64,000 bases of DNA from a bacterium (GTDB taxonomy: Bacteria; UBA8248), in contig OZ241875.1 of NCBI GenBank assembly GCA_965203325.1, positions 1,184,001 to 1,248,000 on the forward strand. The letters are read 5' to 3'. Below the pieces are notes generated by a model. It saw nothing but the letters and a program-made list of their open reading frames with translations. It did no database searches and was not told where the DNA came from. The first letter of the stretch is position 1. Every line of letters starts with the position of its first letter. This document shows, piece by piece, positions 61,164 through 64,000 of this stretch. Position numbers and translations under genes: made by a program.

Positions 61164-64000
61164 ATGTTTTCCAGTATGCCAGAAAATGATCATATTCCCG
61201 TCGAACGTAAATTCGCGGAGCCTCCGGTCGATCAGTTGATGGATCAAGGACACCAAAGATGGCTGGACAGCTATTATACATCTTCAAATATAGGGTGGTC
61301 CGACGTTTTGCCCGGTATGCGAACTGTCGTGCTCGGAGAAGCGAAATGCGGTAAGACGTATGAATTCAGGCATCAAGTCGAGAGCTTCAAGCAAAAAGGT
61401 GAATTCGCGTTTTTCCTGCCCCTGGAGCAACTTCACGATCAAGACATAGAAGTGGTGCTCACCGCTAAGGATGAGGATTCCCTCTCCACTTGGTTGCAAC
61501 AAACAGAAAAAGAGGCTTGGTTCTTTCTGGACGCGGTCGATGAATTGAGGCTGCGAGATGGCAGTTTCAAGATAGCGCTAAGAAAGCTACAAAGAGTGAT
61601 CGGCAAAAAAGCCCCTTTAGCACATATATTCGTGTCCTGTCGGCCCGCGGATTGGAACCTACATCTTGATGGCTCGGATTTCTTGCAGTATTTCCCAATG
61701 CCTATTCCGCGAAAGGCAGAAAAACCGGAGGTACCGCAAGAAGAAGGTTTTTGGGCCCCCATACAACGTGAAAGAATCATTACAACCGAACGAGTGAATA
61801 AGAGTGATGAACAATCCAAGGAAGAAACCAAACCCAGGGTCCTAGTGATGCAACCGTTGACTCAGGAGCAAACAATCGAGTTCGCGAATCAACACGATCC
61901 GAAAAGAGCCCAAGGGCTCAGAGAAAAAATCGAAAAACGAGAAGTGTGGCATTTGTTTCAAACGCCAGCCGACATCATGGATGGAATGGCCCTGATGACG
62001 GAAAACGGCGAACTTGGAACACTGGAGGAGCAGATTTCATCGGGCATTAACTACAAACTCCGCGACCGTCATGACAGAACTGGCGAGCAGCTCCTTTCTT
62101 TGGACAAGGCTCGCTCCGGCGCGGAGAGGCTCGCCCTGGCGTTGTCTCTGATGAAACGTCGATCTCTGGCACTGCAAAAAGCGGCACCTGACAACGAGCA
62201 ACTCGTTGCGGGAGATATCCTGAGTGACTGGACAACGCCAGAGCAGCGGGAACTTCTCGGGCGGGGGATTTTCGACCTTTCAGGCATCAACGCCGTTCGA
62301 TTCCACCACCGCTCCACGCACGAATTCCTGGCGGCCAAGCGCTTGATGACGCTTATGTCGAAAGGTTTCCGGCGTGAAGAGGTCATGCAACTGCTGTTTT
62401 GCGATACCTTCGGTGAGCAGATCGTCATTCCCTCGATGGAACCTGTGGCCGCGTGGCTAGCCCTATGGAATCAGGACATCCTGGCCGAGGTAAAAAAACG
62501 CAAGCCAGAACTACTCTTCAGAGAGGGTTTTCCCGCATCGCTGCCGATAGATGTACGAAAAGAGATTTTACGGTGTTTCGTGTCATCCTACCAAGGAGAC
62601 GATTGGCGAGGGATAGACGTAACCTACAACTACAACGATGTGGCTAGGCTCGGACACAGTGGACTTGGGCCGATTGTTGAAGAATTATGGCACACTGCAT
62701 ATTCTGGTTATGATACTCGCGAGTTACTCTTGCAATTGATTTGGCTTACCCCTTTACCTGCTTGCACATACCTTTCATTTGACGCAGCGTTCGACACCAA
62801 ACTATCGATCGATCATCGGATTTATGCCTGTCGTGGAGTTCTTGCGGCTGGCGCTTCAGAGCAGAAACAGGGCTTGGGGCAGGTATTATTGAATGAAGAA
62901 TGGGATGCACAGTTGGTCTATCGAATAATTCCAGATCTATATCCAGGCAGTCTTAGAACAGACGAGATTGTCGCACTCGCGAAGAAAACCAAAGAAACCC
63001 CGAATACCGTGGACGGATTGGGCTTTGCACTGTATTCGCTCATTCATCGTGAGGAAGTTGGAATTGAACAAGTGCGCTTGCTTCGAGCGGCTTTTGCCAA
63101 AGAGGTGTGGGAGAACAGAAGAGACGATTGCGACACATATGAGAGCCATTCCGCATTTGACCATTTCACCGATGCGATATTGGCGGCATGCGCGCGGGAT
63201 ACGGATATCGCCTCACCAGGAGAACTCTCGGATTGGGCCTGGTCGGCCGCAATCGCGTTGCGTTTCGGAGAACGACAGGAATCCATCATTGCGAGGAAAG
63301 ACACTGAAAGAATCTGCTCTCGCATCAAAGAGGATGTCCGACTTCGCGAAGCATATTTCTGGGCGTCATTATCCATAGCAGATGAGTTGGAGCCGGGGAG
63401 GGACCCATGGTCCCGATATGCGTGGGAGGTTAAGCTGCATGACAGTGTCTTGGGTGAAATGTCGGTAGCGGATATCCCTTGGCTATTTAAGGCCTTAGAA
63501 GAGACAACGCAGGAGGACCGGCGTCCTGTCGCTTTCTTCACATTGATGGATGTTTGGCGGGCGACTCGCGACGACGGGATTTCGGAAGGTGTTCGCTCTC
63601 GGATTTCCGACATGCCGGAACTCATCAAAGAATATGAAAAATACATGAATCCACCGACCTCAAGCCAACCCGGCGAATGGGTTCGTGAACACAAAAAACG
63701 CAAGCAGGAGCAAGACGAAAAAGAAAAAGAGAGACTTGCCGATTGGGAATCATGGCGTCTGAAAATTCAGCGTGATCCCAAAGGTATGCTGGATGAAGAA
63801 AGAAAGAAAAATACCCTTTGGAATCTTTTCAAATGGCTTCGTCTAAATAGAGATCCTGGTAATTCTTGGAATTGTTGGAATGCGAACAAAATCCTAGAGG
63901 CATTCTCTCGTGAATTTATGCAACTTCTAAAACCAGTGCTTGGTGAATTTTGGCGGGAAACGAATCCGAGACTTTGGAGTGAACGAGAAGCAGAAAATAG
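61164..64000 (+). CDS. Large STAND/NACHT NTPase (Avs/NLR-like), truncated by the window edge
   Basis: Manual translation: GEAKCGKT (Walker A), FFLDAVDE (Walker B), VSCRP, RFHHRSTHEFLAA; frame still open at the window end. Confidence 0.85.
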   Translation, partial: MFSSMPENDHIPVERKFAEPPVDQLMDQGHQRWLDSYYTSSNIGWSDVLPGMRTVVLGEAKCGKTYEFRHQVESFKQKGEFAFFLPLEQLHDQDIEVVLTAKDEDSLSTWLQQTEKEAWFFLDAVDELRLRDGSFKIALRKLQRVIGKKAPLAHIFVSCRPADWNLHLDGSDFLQYFPMPIPRKAEKPEVPQEEGFWAPIQRERIITTERVNKSDEQSKEETKPRVLVMQPLTQEQTIEFANQHDPKRAQGLREKIEKREVWHLFQTPADIMDGMALMTENGELGTLEEQISSGINYKLRDRHDRTGEQLLSLDKARSGAERLALALSLMKRRSLALQKAAPDNEQLVAGDILSDWTTPEQRELLGRGIFDLSGINAVRFHHRSTHEFLAAKRLMTLMSKGFRREEVMQLLFCDTFGEQIVIPSMEPVAAWLALWNQDILAEVKKRKPELLFREGFPASLPIDVRKEILRCFVSSYQGDDWRGIDVTYNYNDVARLGHSGLGPIVEELWHTAYSGYDTRELLLQLIWLTPLPACTYLSFDAAFDTKLSIDHRIYACRGVLAAGASEQKQGLGQVLLNEEWDAQLVYRIIPDLYPGSLRTDEIVALAKKTKETPNTVDGLGFALYSLIHREEVGIEQVRLLRAAFAKEVWENRRDDCDTYESHSAFDHFTDAILAACARDTDIASPGELSDWAWSAAIALRFGERQESIIARKDTERICSRIKEDVRLREAYFWASLSIADELEPGRDPWSRYAWEVKLHDSVLGEMSVADIPWLFKALEETTQEDRRPVAFFTLMDVWRATRDDGISEGVRSRISDMPELIKEYEKYMNPPTSSQPGEWVREHKKRKQEQDEKEKERLADWESWRLKIQRDPKGMLDEERKKNTLWNLFKWLRLNRDPGNSWNCWNANKILEAFSREFMQLLKPVLGEFWRETNPRLWSEREAEN

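Overview
GC-rich bacterial chromosome segment in three parts. (1) About 1-29 kb is core and metabolic genes: cysS-ispF-ispD-PIN/TRAM, moaC, dcd with two NrdR-like boxes, a parvulin, transporters, a molybdo-hydroxylase large subunit, an ArsR/SRPBCC operon, tctCBA and an NreB-like MFS. The intergenic spaces carry many REP-like and MITE-like repeats. This part also holds an OsmC-family gene read through an in-frame UGA with a SECIS-like hairpin (probable selenoprotein), and two paralogous ~150-nt four-hairpin RNAs, each behind a sigma-54-type promoter and ending in an intrinsic terminator. (2) About 29-35.4 kb is a lower-GC defence cluster: a beta-class DNA MTase-HNH fusion and a GHKL ATPase-nuclease/Dcm/Vsr operon. 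(3) From about 35.8 kb to at least 60.7 kb lies an integrative mobilisable element with two tandem arm-type tyrosine integrases, a TrwC/MOBF relaxase, ssb, DUF4326 and DUF2493. Its ~12.7-kb cargo of secreted ankyrin/Sel1/MORN/FGE-sulfatase repeat proteins is bracketed by an imperfect ~240-bp direct repeat. A STAND/NACHT NTPase follows and runs off the window. All calls come from reading motifs by eye; no database search or folding program was run. A host-associated lifestyle is only inferred from the eukaryotic-like repeat proteins.
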